The notes beneath the pieces were generated by a model. It was not told the DNA's origin. It made no database searches and saw only the letters and a list, made by a program, of their open reading frames with translations. Position numbers and translations under genes: made by a program. 64,000 nucleotides of DNA from Auanema rhodensis (taxonomy: Eukaryota; Animalia; Nematoda). The DNA is taken from positions 3,162,001 through 3,226,000 of the forward strand of contig OZ059894.1 in NCBI GenBank assembly GCA_964057225.1. Direction: 5' to 3'. Below are positions 13,401 to 26,000 of the stretch, piece by piece (within the stretch, counting starts at the first letter, position 1; each line of letters begins with the position of its first letter).

Positions 13401-13682
13401 CATTCGATGCGGATTTTCAAGCTGCGTCGATCTGTGTTATCAGATTTGCGCTAGCTTAAAAATGCACCGATATATCAACTGATAAAAGTTTACACTTATA
13501 TCCTCGATTTTCACCCTGAAGAATTAATTTTTTCGATGAATAACATTGTCCATCGTCTTTGCCTTGAAAAAAGGAATCTAAAAACATCTACTTTTCGCTA
13601 AATTATTTGAAATTTTTCGAAAAAATTTTTGTCAAAATGTTTTTGGAAGCAATGTTGAGTGTACATGGAAACTCAACATACA
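1405..13682. repeat. Tandem duplication of a 15-monomer unit (offset 5,262 bp); the second copy carries an extra internal 5-monomer duplication
   Basis: Rare markers recur at +5262: GTGCGATCGA (1825/7087), CACACTGAAG (~2990/~8252), GAAGAAATAA (~3350/~8612). Monomers 1405-5965 match 6667-11227, and 4563-6666 match 11579-13682. Confidence 0.9.
1836..1886. other. 51-bp imperfect inverted repeat present in every monomer (monomer positions 81-131; shown in monomer 6)
   Basis: ATTTTTAAGCT/AGCTTAAAAAT form a perfect 11-bp pair, then GCG/CGC, then ATCTG/CAGAT closing a TGTTAT loop. It is most complete in monomers carrying 86T, 110A and 125T. Confidence 0.85.
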
Positions 13683-16600
13683 CTAATGCATCATTTTTCA
13701 AACGATCATAACTAATTTTTGTATTAAGCGTTTTTCAATGTAGTATAGTGCATTCGATGCGGATTTTTAAGCTGCCTCGATCTGTGTTATCCGATTTGCG
13801 CTAGCTGAAAAATGCACCGAGATATCAACTGATATAAGTTCACACTTATATCCTCGATTTTCACCCTGAAGAATTAATTTTTTCGTTGAATAACATTGTC
13901 CATCGCCTTTGCCTTGAAAAAAGGAATCTAAAAACATCTACTTTTCGCTAAATTATTTTGAAATTTTTCGAAAAAATTTTTGTCAAAATGTTTTTGGAAG
14001 CAATGTTGAGTGTACATGGAAACTCAACATACACTAATGCATCATTTTTCAAACGATCATAACTAATTTTTGTATTAAGCGTTTTTTAATGTAGTATAGT
14101 GCATTCGATGCGGATTTTCAAGCTGCGTCGATCTGTGTTATCAGATTTGCGCTAGCTTAAAAATGCACCGATATATCAACTGATAAAAGTTCACACTTAT
14201 ATCCTCGATTTTCACCCTGAAGAATTAATTTTTTCGATGAATAACATTGTCCATCGTCTTTGCCTTGAAAAAAGGAATCTAAAATCATCTACTTTTCGCT
14301 AAATTATTTTGAAATTTTTCGAAAAAATTTTTGTCAAAATGTTTTTGGAAGCAATGTTGAGTGTACATGGAAACTCAACATACACTAATGCATCATTTTT
14401 CAAACGATCATAACTAATTTTTGTATTAAGCGTTTTTCAATGTAGTATAGTGCATTCGATGCGGATTTTCAAGCTGCGTCGATCTGTGTTATCAGATTTG
14501 CGCTAGCTTAAAAATGCACCGATATATCAACTGATAAAAGTTCACACTTATATCCTCGATTTTCACCCTGAAGAATTAAATTTTTCGATGAATAACATTG
14601 TCCATCGTCTTTGCCTTGAAAAAAGGAATCTAAAAACATCTACTTTTCGCTAAATTATTTGAAATTTTTCGAAAAAATTTTTGTCAAAATGTTTTTGGAA
14701 GCAATGTTGAGTGTACATGGAAACTCAACATACACTAATGCATCATTTTTCAAACGATCATAACTAATTTTTGTATTAAGCGTTTTTCAATGTAGTATAG
14801 TGCATTCGATGCGGATTTTTAAGCTGCCTCGATCTGTGTTATCCGATTTGCGCTAGCTGAAAAATGCACCGAGATATCAACTGATATAAGTTCACACTTA
14901 TATCCTCGATTTTCACCCTGAAGAATTAATTTTTTCGTTGAATAACATTGTCCATCGTCTTTGCATTGAAAAAAGGAATCTAAAAACATCTACTTTTTGC
15001 TAAATTATTTTGAAATTTTTCGAAAAAATTTTTGTCAAAATGTTTTTGGAAGCAATGTTGAGTGTACATGGAAACTCAACATACACTAATGCATCATTTT
15101 TCAAACGATCATAACTAATTTTTGTATTAAGCGTTTTTCAATGTAGTATAGTGCATTCGATGCGGATTTTCAAGCTGCGTCGATCTGTGTTATCAGATTT
15201 GCGCTAGCTTAAAAATGCACCGAGATATCAACTGATATAAGTTCACACTTATATCCTCGATTTTCACCCTGAAGAATTAATTTTTTCGTTGAATAACATT
15301 GTCCATCGCCTTTGCCTTGAAAAAAGGAATCTAAAAACATCTACTTTTCGCTAAATTATTTTGAAATTTTTCGAAAAAATTTTTGTCAAAATGTTTTTGG
15401 AAGCAATGTTGAGTGTACATGGAAACTCAACATACACTAATGCATCATTTTTCAAACGATCATAACTAATTTTTGTATTAAGCGTTTTTTAATGTAGTAT
15501 AGTGCATTCGATGCGGATTTTTAAGCTGCGTCGATCTGTGTTATCAGATTTGCGCTAGCTTAAAAATGCACCGAGATATCAACTGATATAAGTTCACACT
15601 TATATCCTCGATTTTCACCCTGAAGAATTAATTTTTTCGTTGAATAACATTGTCCATCGTCTTTGCCTTGAAAAAAAGAATCTAAAAACATCTACTTTTC
15701 GCTAAATTATTTTGAAATTTTTCGAAAAAATTTTTGTCAAAATGTTTTTGGAAGCAATGTTGAGTGTACATGGAAACTCAACATACACTAATGCATCATT
15801 TTTCAAACGATCATAACTAATTTTTGTATTAAGCGTTTTTCAATGTAGTATAGTGCATTCGATGCGGATTTTCAAGCTGCGTCGATCTGTGTTATCAGAT
15901 TTGCGCTAGCTTAAAAATGCACCGATATATCAACTGATAAAAGTTCACACTTATATCCTCGATTTTCACCCTGAAGAATTAATTTTTTCGATGAATAACA
16001 TTGTCCATCGTCTTTGCCTTGAAAAAAGGAATCTAAAAACATCTACTTTTCGCTAAATTATTTTGAAATTTTTCGAAAAAATTTTTGTCAAAATGTTTTT
16101 GGAAGCAATGTTGAGTGTACATGGAAACTCAACATACACTAATGCATCATTTTTCAAACAATCATAACTAATTTTTGTATTAAGCGTTTTTCAATGTAGT
16201 ATAGTGCATTCGATGCGAATTTTCAAGCTGCGTCGATCTGTGTTATCAGATTTGCGCTAGCTTAAAAATGCACCGAGATATCAACTGATATAAGTTCACA
16301 CTTATATCCTCGATTTTCACCCTGAAGAATTAATTTTTTCGTTGAATAACATTGTCCATCGTCTTTGCCTTGGAAAAAAGAATCTAAAAACATCTACTTT
16401 TTGCTAAATTATTTTGAAATTTTTCGAAAAAATTTTTGTCAAAATGTTTTTGGAAGCAATGTTGAGTGTACATGGAAACTCAACATACACTAATGCATCA
16501 TTTTTCAAACGATCATAACTAATTTTTGTATTAAGCGTTTTTCAATGTAGTATAGTGCATTCGATGCGGATTTTCAAGCTGCGTCGATCTGTGTTATCAG

Positions 16601-19600
16601 ATTTGCGCTAGCTTAAAAATGCACCGAGATATCAACTGATATAAGTTCACACTTATATCCTCGATTTTCACCCTGAAGAATTACTTTTTTCGTTGAATAA
16701 CATTGTCCATCGTCTTTGCCTTGAAAAAAGGAATCTAAAAACATCTACTTTTCGCTAAATTATTTTGAAATTTTTCGAAAAAATTTTTGTCAAAATGTTT
16801 TTGGAAGCAATGTTGAGTGTACATGGAAACTCAACATACACTAATGCATCATTTTTCAAACGATCATAACTAATTTTTGTATTAAGCGTTTTTCAATGTA
16901 GTATAGTGCATTCGATGCGGATTTTTAAGCTGCGTCGATCTGTGTTATCAGATTTGCGCTAGCTTAAAAATGCACCGAGATATCAACTGATATAAGTTCA
17001 CACTTATATCCTCGATTTTCACCCTGAAGAATTAATTTTTTCGTTGAATAACATTGTCCATCGTCTTTGCATTGAAAAAAGGAATCTAAAAACATCTACT
17101 TTTTGCTAAATTATTTTGAAATTTTTCGAAAAAATTTTTGTCAAAATGTTTTTGGAAGCAATGTTGAGTGTACATGGAAACTCAACATACACTAATGCAT
17201 CATTTTTCAAACGATCATAACTAATTTTTGTATTGAGCGTTTTTCATTGTAGTATAGTGCATTCGATGCGGATTTTCAAGCTGCGTCGATCTGTGTTATC
17301 AGATTTGCGCTAGCTTAAAAATGCACCGAGATATCAACTGATATAAGTTCACACTTATATCCTCGATTTTCACCCTGAAGAATTACTTTTTTCGTTGAAT
17401 AACATTGTCCATCGTCTTTGCCTTGAAAAAAGGAATCTAAAAACATCTACTTTTCGCTAAATTATTTTGAAATTTTTCGAAAAAATTTTTGTCAAAATGT
17501 TTTTGGAAGCAATGTTGAGTGTACATGGAAACTCAACATACACTAATGCATCATTTTTCAAACAATCATAACTAATTTTTGTATTAAGCGTTTTTCAATG
17601 TAGTATAGTGCATTCGATGCGGATTTTCAAGCTGCGTCGATCTGTGTTATCAGATTTGCGCTAGCTTAAAAATGCACCGAGATATCAACTGATATAAGTT
17701 CACACTTATATCCTCGATTTTCACCCTGAAGAATTAATTTTTTCGTTGAATAACATTGTCCATCGTCTTTGCCTTGGAAAAAAGAATCTAAAAACATCTA
17801 CTTTTTGCTAAATTATTTTGAAATTTTTCGAAAAAATTTTTGTCAAAATGTTTTTGGAAGCAATGTTGAGTGTACATGGAAACTCAACATACACTAATGC
17901 ATCATTTTTCAAACGATCATAACTAATTTTTGTATTAAGCGTTTTTCAATGTAGTATAGTGCATTCGATGCGGATTTTCAAGCTGCGTCGATCTGTGTTA
18001 TCAGATTTGCGCTAGCTTAAAAATGCACCGAGATATCAACTGATATAAGTTCACACTTATATCCTCGATTTTCACCCTGAAGAATTACTTTTTTCGTTGA
18101 ATAACATTGTCCATCGTCTTTGCCTTGAAAAAAGGAATCTAAAAACATCTACTTTTCGCTAAATTATTTTGAAATTTTTCGAAAAAATTTTTGTCAAAAT
18201 GTTTTTGGAAGCAATGTTGAGTGTACATGGAAACTCAACATACACTAATGCATCATTTTTCAAACGATCATAACTAATTTTTGTATTAAGCGTTTTTCAA
18301 TGTAGTATAGTGCATTCGATGCGGATTTTTAAGCTGCGTCGATCTGTGTTATCAGATTTGCGCTAGCTTAAAAATGCACCGAGATATCAACTGATATAAG
18401 TTCACACTTATATCCTCGATTTTCACCCTGAAGAATTAATTTTTTCGTTGAATAACATTGTCCATCGTCTTTGCCTTGGAAAAAAGAATCTAAAAACATC
18501 TACTTTTTGCTAAATTATTTTGAAATTTTTCGAAAAAATTTTTGTCAAAATGTTTTTGGAAGCAATGTTGAGTGTACATGGAAACTCAACATACACTAAT
18601 GCATCATTTTTCAAACGATCATAACTAATTTTTGTATTAAGCGTTTTTCAATGTAGTATAGTGCATTCGATGCGGATTTTCAAGCTGCGTCGATCTGTGT
18701 TATCAGATTTGCGCTAGCTTAAAAATGCACCGAGATATCAACTGATATAAGTTCACACTTATATCCTCGATTTTCACCCTGAAGAATTACTTTTTTCGTT
18801 GAATAACATTGTCCATCGTCTTTGCCTTGAAAAAAGGAATCTAAAAACATCTACTTTTCGCTAAATTATTTTGAAATTTTTCGAAAAAATTTTTGTCAAA
18901 ATGTTTTTGGAAGCAATGTTGAGTGTACATGGAAACTCAACATACACTAATGCATCATTTTTCAAACGATCATAACTAATTTTTGTATTAAGCGTTTTTC
19001 AATGTAGTATAGTGCATTCGATGCGGATTTTTAAGCTGCGTCGATCTGTGTCATCAGATTTGCGCTAGCTTAAAAATGCACCGAGATATCAACTGATATA
19101 AGTTCACACTTATATCCTCGATTTTCACCCTGAAGAATTAATTTTTTCGTTGAATAACATTGTCCATCGTCTTTGCATTGAAAAAAGGAATCTAAAAACA
19201 TCTACTTTTTGCTAAATTATTTTGAAATTTTTCGAAAAAATTTTTGTCAAAATGTTTTTGGAAGCAATGTTGAGTGTACATGGAAACTCAACATACACTA
19301 ATGCATCATTTTTCAAACGATCATAACTAATTTTTGTATTAAGCGTTTCTCAATGTAGTATAGTGCATTCGATGCGGATTTTCAAGCTGCGTCGATCTGT
19401 GTTATCAGATTTGCGCTAGCTTAAAAATGCACCGAGATATCAACTGATATAAGTTCACACTTATATCCTCGATTTTCACCCTGAAGAATTAATTTTTTCG
19501 TTGAACAACATTGTCCATCGCCTTTGCCTTGAAAAAAGGAATCTAAAAACATCTACTTTTCGCTAAATTATTTTGAAATTTTTCGAAAAAATTTTTGTCA

Positions 19601-22600
19601 AAATGTTTTTGGAAGCAATGTTGAGTGTACATGGAAACTCAACATACACTAATGCATCATTTTTCAAACGATCATAACTAATTTTTGTATTAAGCGTTTT
19701 TTAATGTAGTATAGTGCATTCGATGCGGATTTTTAAGCTGCGTCGATCTGTGTTATCAGATTTGCGCTAGCTTAAAAATGCACCGAGATATCAACTGATA
19801 TAAGTTCACACTTATATCCTCGATTTTCACCCTGAAGAATTAATTTTTTCGTTGAATAACATTGTCCATCGTCTTTGCATTGAAAAAAGGAATCTAAAAA
19901 CATCTACTTTTTGCTAAATTATTTTGAAATTTTTCGAAAAAATTTTTGTCAAAATGTTTTTGGAAGCAATGTTGAGTGTACATGGAAACTCAACATACAC
20001 TAATGCATCATTTTTCAAACGATCATAACTAATTTTTGTATTAAGCGTTTCTCAATGTAGTATAGTGCATTCGATGCGGATTTTCAAGCTGCGTCGATCT
20101 GTGTTATCAGATTTGCGCTAGCTTAAAAATGCACCGAGATATCAACTGATATAAGTTTACACTTATATCCTCGATTTTCACCCCGAAGAATTAATTTTTT
20201 CGTTGAATAACATTGTCCATCGTCTTTGCCTTGAAAAAAGGAATCTAAAAACATCTACTTTTCGCTAAATTATTTTGAAATTTTTCGAAAAAATTTTTGT
20301 CAAAATGTTTTTGGAAGCAATGTTGAGTGTACATGGAAACTCAACATACACTAATGCATCATTTTTCAAACAATCATAACTAATTTTTGTATTAAGCGTT
20401 TTTCAATGTAGTATAGTGCATTCGATGCGGATTTTTAAGCTGCGTCGATCTGTGTTATCCGATTTGCGCTAGCTGAAAAATGCACCGAGATATCAACTGA
20501 TATAAGTTCACACTTATATCCTCGATTTTCACCCTGAAGAATTAATTTTTTCGTTGAATAACATTGTCCATCGTCTTTGCCTTGAAAAAAAGAATCTAAA
20601 AACATCTACTTTTCGCTAAATTATTTTGAAATTTTTCGAAAAAATTTTTGTCAAAATGTTTTTGGAAGCAATGTTGAGTGTACATGGAAACTCAACATAC
20701 ACTAATGCATCATTTTTCAAACAATCATAACTAATTTTTGTATTAAGCGTTTTTCAATGTAGTATAGTGCATTCGATGCGGATTTTTAAGCTGCGTCGAT
20801 CTGTGTTATCCGATTTGCGCTAGCTTAAAAATGCACCGAGATATCAACTGATATAAGTTCACACTTATATCCTCGATTTTCACCCTGAAGAATTAATTTT
20901 TTCGTTGAATAACATTGTCCATCGCCTTTGCCTTGAAAAAAGGAATCTAAAAACATCTACTTTTCGCTAAATTATTTTGAAATTTTTCGAAAAAATTTTT
21001 GTCAAAATGTTTTTGGAAGCAATGTTGAGTGTACATGGAAACTCAACATACACTAATGCATCATTTTTCAAACGATCATAACTAATTTTTGTATTAAGCG
21101 TTTTTTAATGTAGTATAGTGCATTCGATGCGGATTTTTAAGCTGCGTCGATCTGTGTTATCAGATTTGCGCTAGCTTAAAAATGCACCGAGATATCAACT
21201 GATATAAGTTCACACTTATATCCTCGATTTTCACCCTGAAGAATTAATTTTTTCGTTGAATAACATTGTCCATCGTCTTTGCATTGAAAAAAGGAATCTA
21301 AAAACATCTACTTTTTGCTAAATTATTTTGAAATTTTTCGAAAAAATTTTTGTCAAAATGTTTTTGGAAGCAATGTTGAGTGTACATGGAAACTCAACAT
21401 ACACTAATGCATCATTTTTCAAACGATCATAACTAATTTTTGTATTAAGCGTTTCTCAATGTAGTATAGTGCATTCGATGCGGATTTTCAAGCTGCGTCG
21501 ATCTGTGTTATCAGATTTGCGCTAGCTTAAAAATGCACCGAGATATCAACTGATATAAGTTTACACTTATATCCTCGATTTTCACCCCGAAGAATTAATT
21601 TTTTCGTTGAATAACATTGTCCATCGTCTTTGCCTTGAAAAAAGGAATCTAAAAACATCTACTTTTCGCTAAATTATTTTGAAATTTTTCGAAAAAATTT
21701 TTGTCAAAATGTTTTTGGAAGCAATGTTGAGTGTACATGGAAACTCAACATACACTAATGCATCATTTTTCAAACAATCATAACTAATTTTTGTATTAAG
21801 CGTTTTTCAATGTAGTATAGTGCATTCGATGCGGATTTTTAAGCTGCGTCGATCTGTGTTATCCGATTTGCGCTAGCTGAAAAATGCACCGAGATATCAA
21901 CTGATATAAGTTCACACTTATATCCTCGATTTTCACCCTGAAGAATTAATTTTTTCGTTGAATAACATTGTCCATCGTCTTTGCATTGAAAAAAGGAATC
22001 TAAAAACATCTACTTTTTGCTAAATTATTTTGAAATTTTTCGAAAAAATTTTTGTCAAAATGTTTTTGGAAGCAATGTTGAGTGTACATGGAAACTCAAC
22101 ATACACTAATGCATCATTTTTCAAACGATCATAACTAATTTTTGTATTGAGCGTTTTTCATTGTAGTATAGTGCATTCGATGCGGATTTTTAAGCTGCGT
22201 CGAGCTGTGTTATCAGATTTGCGCTAGCTTAAAAATGCACCGAGATATCAACTGATATAAGTTCACACATATATCCTCGATTTTCACCCTGAAGAATTAA
22301 TTTTTTCGTTGAATAACATTGTCCATCGTCTTTGCCTTGAAAAAAAGAATCTAAAAACATCTACTTTTTGCTAAATTATTTTGAAATTTTTCGAAAAAAT
22401 TTTTGTCAAAATGTTTTTGGAAGCAATGTTGAGTGTACATGGAAACTCAACATACACTAATGCATCATTTTTCAAACAATCATAACTAATTTTTGTATTA
22501 AGCGTTTTTCAATGTAGTATAGTGCATTCGATGCGGATTTTTAAGCTGCGTCGATCTGTGTTATCCGATTTGCGCTAGCTGAAAAATGCACCGAGATATC

Positions 22601-22807
22601 AACTGATATAAGTTCACACTTATATCCTCGATTTTCACCCTGAAGAATTAATTTTTTCGTTGAATAACATTGTCCATCGTCTTTGCCTTGAAAAAAAGAA
22701 TCTAAAAACATCTACTTTTCGCTAAATTATTTTGAAATTTTTCGAAAAAATTTTTGTCAAAATGTTTTTGGAAGCAATGTTGAGTGTACATGGAAACTCA
22801 ACATACA

Positions 22808-23038
22808 CTAATGCATCATTTTTCAAACGATCATAACTAATTTTTGTATTAAGCGTTTTTCAATGTAGTATAGTGCATTCGATGCGGATTTTTAAGCTGC
22901 GTCGATCTGTGTTATCAGATTTGCGCTAGCTTAAAAATGCACCGAGATATCAACTGATATAAGTTCACACTTATATCCTCGATTTTCACCCTGAAGAATT
23001 AAAAGCAATGTTGAGTGTACATGGAAACTCAACATACA
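22808..23038. repeat. Truncated 231-bp monomer (monomer positions 196-315 deleted)
   Basis: Junction GAAGAATTAA|AAGCAATG at 23002/23003. Confidence 0.97.
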
Positions 23039-26000
23039 CTAATGCATCATTTTTCAAACGATCATAACTAATTTCTGTATTAAGCGTTTCTCAATGTAGT
23101 ATAGTGCATTCGATGCGGATTTTCAAGCTGCGTCGATCTGTGTTATCAGATTTGCGCTAGCTTAAAAATGCACCGAGATATCAACTGATATAAGTTCACA
23201 CTTATATCCTCGATTTTCACCCTGAAGAATTAATTTTTTCGTTGAATAACATTATCCATCGTCTTTGCCTTGAAAAAAGAAATCTAAAAACATCTACTTT
23301 TTGCTAAATTATTTTGAAATTTTTCGAAAAAATTTTTGTCAAAATGTTTTTGGAAGCAATGTTGAGTGTACATGGAAACTCAACATACACTAATGCATCA
23401 TTTTTCAAACGATCATAACTAATTTTTGTATTAAGCGTTTCTCAATGTAGTATAGTGCATTCGATGCGGATTTTTAAGCTGCGTCGATCTGTGTTATCAG
23501 ATTTGCGCTAGCTTAAAAATGCACCGAGATATCAACTGATATAAGTTCACACTTATATCCTCGATTTTCACCCTGAAGAATTAATTTTTTCGTTGAATAA
23601 CATTGTCCATCGTCTTTGCATTGAAAAAAGGAATCTAAAAACATCTACTTTTTGCTAAATTATTTTGAAATTTTTCGAAAAAATTTTTGTCAAAATGTTT
23701 TTGGAAGCAATGTTGAGTGTACATGGAAACTCAACATACACTAATGCATCATTTTTCAAACGATCATAACTAATTTTTGTATTAAGCGTTTCTCAATGTA
23801 GTATAGTGCATTCGATGCGGATTTTCAAGCTGCGTCGATCTGTGTTATCAGATTTGCGCTAGCTTAAAAATGCACCGAGATATCAACTGATATAAGTTTA
23901 CACTTATATCCTCGATTTTCACCCCGAAGAATTAATTTTTTCGTTGAATAACATTGTCCATCGTCTTTGCCTTGAAAAAAGGAATCTAAAAACATCTACT
24001 TTTTGCTAAATTATTCTGAAATTTTTCGAAAAAATTTTTGTCAAAATGTTTTTGGAAGCAATGTTGAGTGTACATGGAAACTCAACATACACTAATGCAT
24101 CATTTTTCAAACGATCATAACTAATTTTTGTATTAAGCGTTTTTCAATGTAGTATAGTGCATTCGATGCGGATTTTTAAGCTGCGTCGAGCTGTGTTATC
24201 AGATTTGCGCTAGCTTAAAAATGCACCGAGATATCAACTGATATAAGTTCACACTTATATCCTCGATTTTCACCCTGAAGAATTAGTTTTTTCGTTGAAT
24301 AACATTGTCCATCGTCTTTGCCTTGAAAAAAGGAATCTAAAAACATCTACTTCTTCCTAAATTATTTTGAAATTTTTCGAAAAAATTTTTGTCAAAATGT
24401 TTTTGGAAGCAATGTTGAGTGTACATGGAAACTCAACATACACTAATGCATCATTTTTCAAACGATCATAACTAATTTTTGTATTAAGCGTTTTTCAATG
24501 TAGTATAGTGCATTCGATGCGGATTTTTAAGCTGCATCGATCTGTGTTATCAGATTTGCGCTAGCTTAAAAATGCACCGAGATATCAACTGATATAAGTT
24601 CACACTTATATCCTCGATTTTCACCCTGAAGAATTAATTTTTTCGTTGAATAACTATGTCCATCGTCTTTGCCTTGAAAAAAGGAATCTAAAAACATCTA
24701 CTTTTTGCTAAATTATTTTGAAATTTTTCGAAAAAATTTTTGTCAAAATGTTTTTGGAAGTAATGTTGAGTGTACATGGAAACTCAACATACACTAATGC
24801 ATCATTTTTCAAACGATCATAACTAATTTTTGTATAAAGCGTTTTTCAATGTAGTATAGTGCATTCGATGCGGATTTTTAAGCTGCATCGATCTGTGTTA
24901 TCAGATTTGCGCTAGCTTAAAAATGCACCGAGATATCAACTGATATAAGTTCACACTTATATCCTCGATTTTCACCCCGAAGAATTAATTTTTTCGTTGA
25001 ATAACATTGTCCATCGTCTTTGCCTTGAAAAAAGGAATCTAAAAACATCTACTTTCTGCTAAATTATTCTGAAATTTTTCGAAAAAATTTTTGTCAAAAT
25101 GTTTTTGGAAGCAATGTTGAGTGTACATGGAAACTCAACATACACTAATGCATCATTTTTCAAACGATCATAACTAATTTTTGTATTAAGCGTTTCTCAA
25201 TGTAGTATAGTGCATTCGATGCGGATTTTCAAGCTGCGTCGATCTGTGTTATCAGATTTGCGCTAGCTTAAAAATGCACCGAGATATCAACTGATATAAG
25301 TTTACACTTATATCCTCGATTTTCACCCCGAAGAATTAATTTTTTCGTTGAATAACATTGTCCATCGTCTTTGCCTTGAAAAAAGGAATCTAAAAACATC
25401 TACTTTTTGCTAAATTATTCTGAAATTTTTCGAAAAAATTTTTGTCAAAATGTTTTTGGAAGCAATGTTGAGTGTACATGGAAACTCAACATACACTAAT
25501 GCATCATTTTTCAAACAATCATAACTAATTTTTGTATTGAGCGTTTTTCAATGTAGTATAGTGCATTCGATGCGGATTTTTAAGCTGCGTCGAGCTGTGT
25601 TATCAGATTTGCGCTAGCTTAAAAATGCACCGAGATATCAACTGATATAAGTTCACACATATATCCTCGATTTTCACCCTGAAGAATTAATTTTTTCGTT
25701 GAATAACATTGTCCATCGTCTTTGCCTTGAAAAAAGGAATCTAAAAACATCTACTTTTCGCTAAATTATTTTGAAATTTTTCGAAAAAATTTTTGTCAAA
25801 ATGTTTTTGGAAGCAATGTTGAGTGTACATGGAAACTCAACATACACTAATGCATCATTTTTCAAACGATTATAACTAATTTTTGTATTAAGCGTTTTTC
25901 AATGTAGTATAGTGCATTCGATGCGGATTTTCAAGCTGCGTCGATCTGTGTTATCAGATTTGCGCTAGCTTAAAAATGCACCGAGATATCAACTGATATA

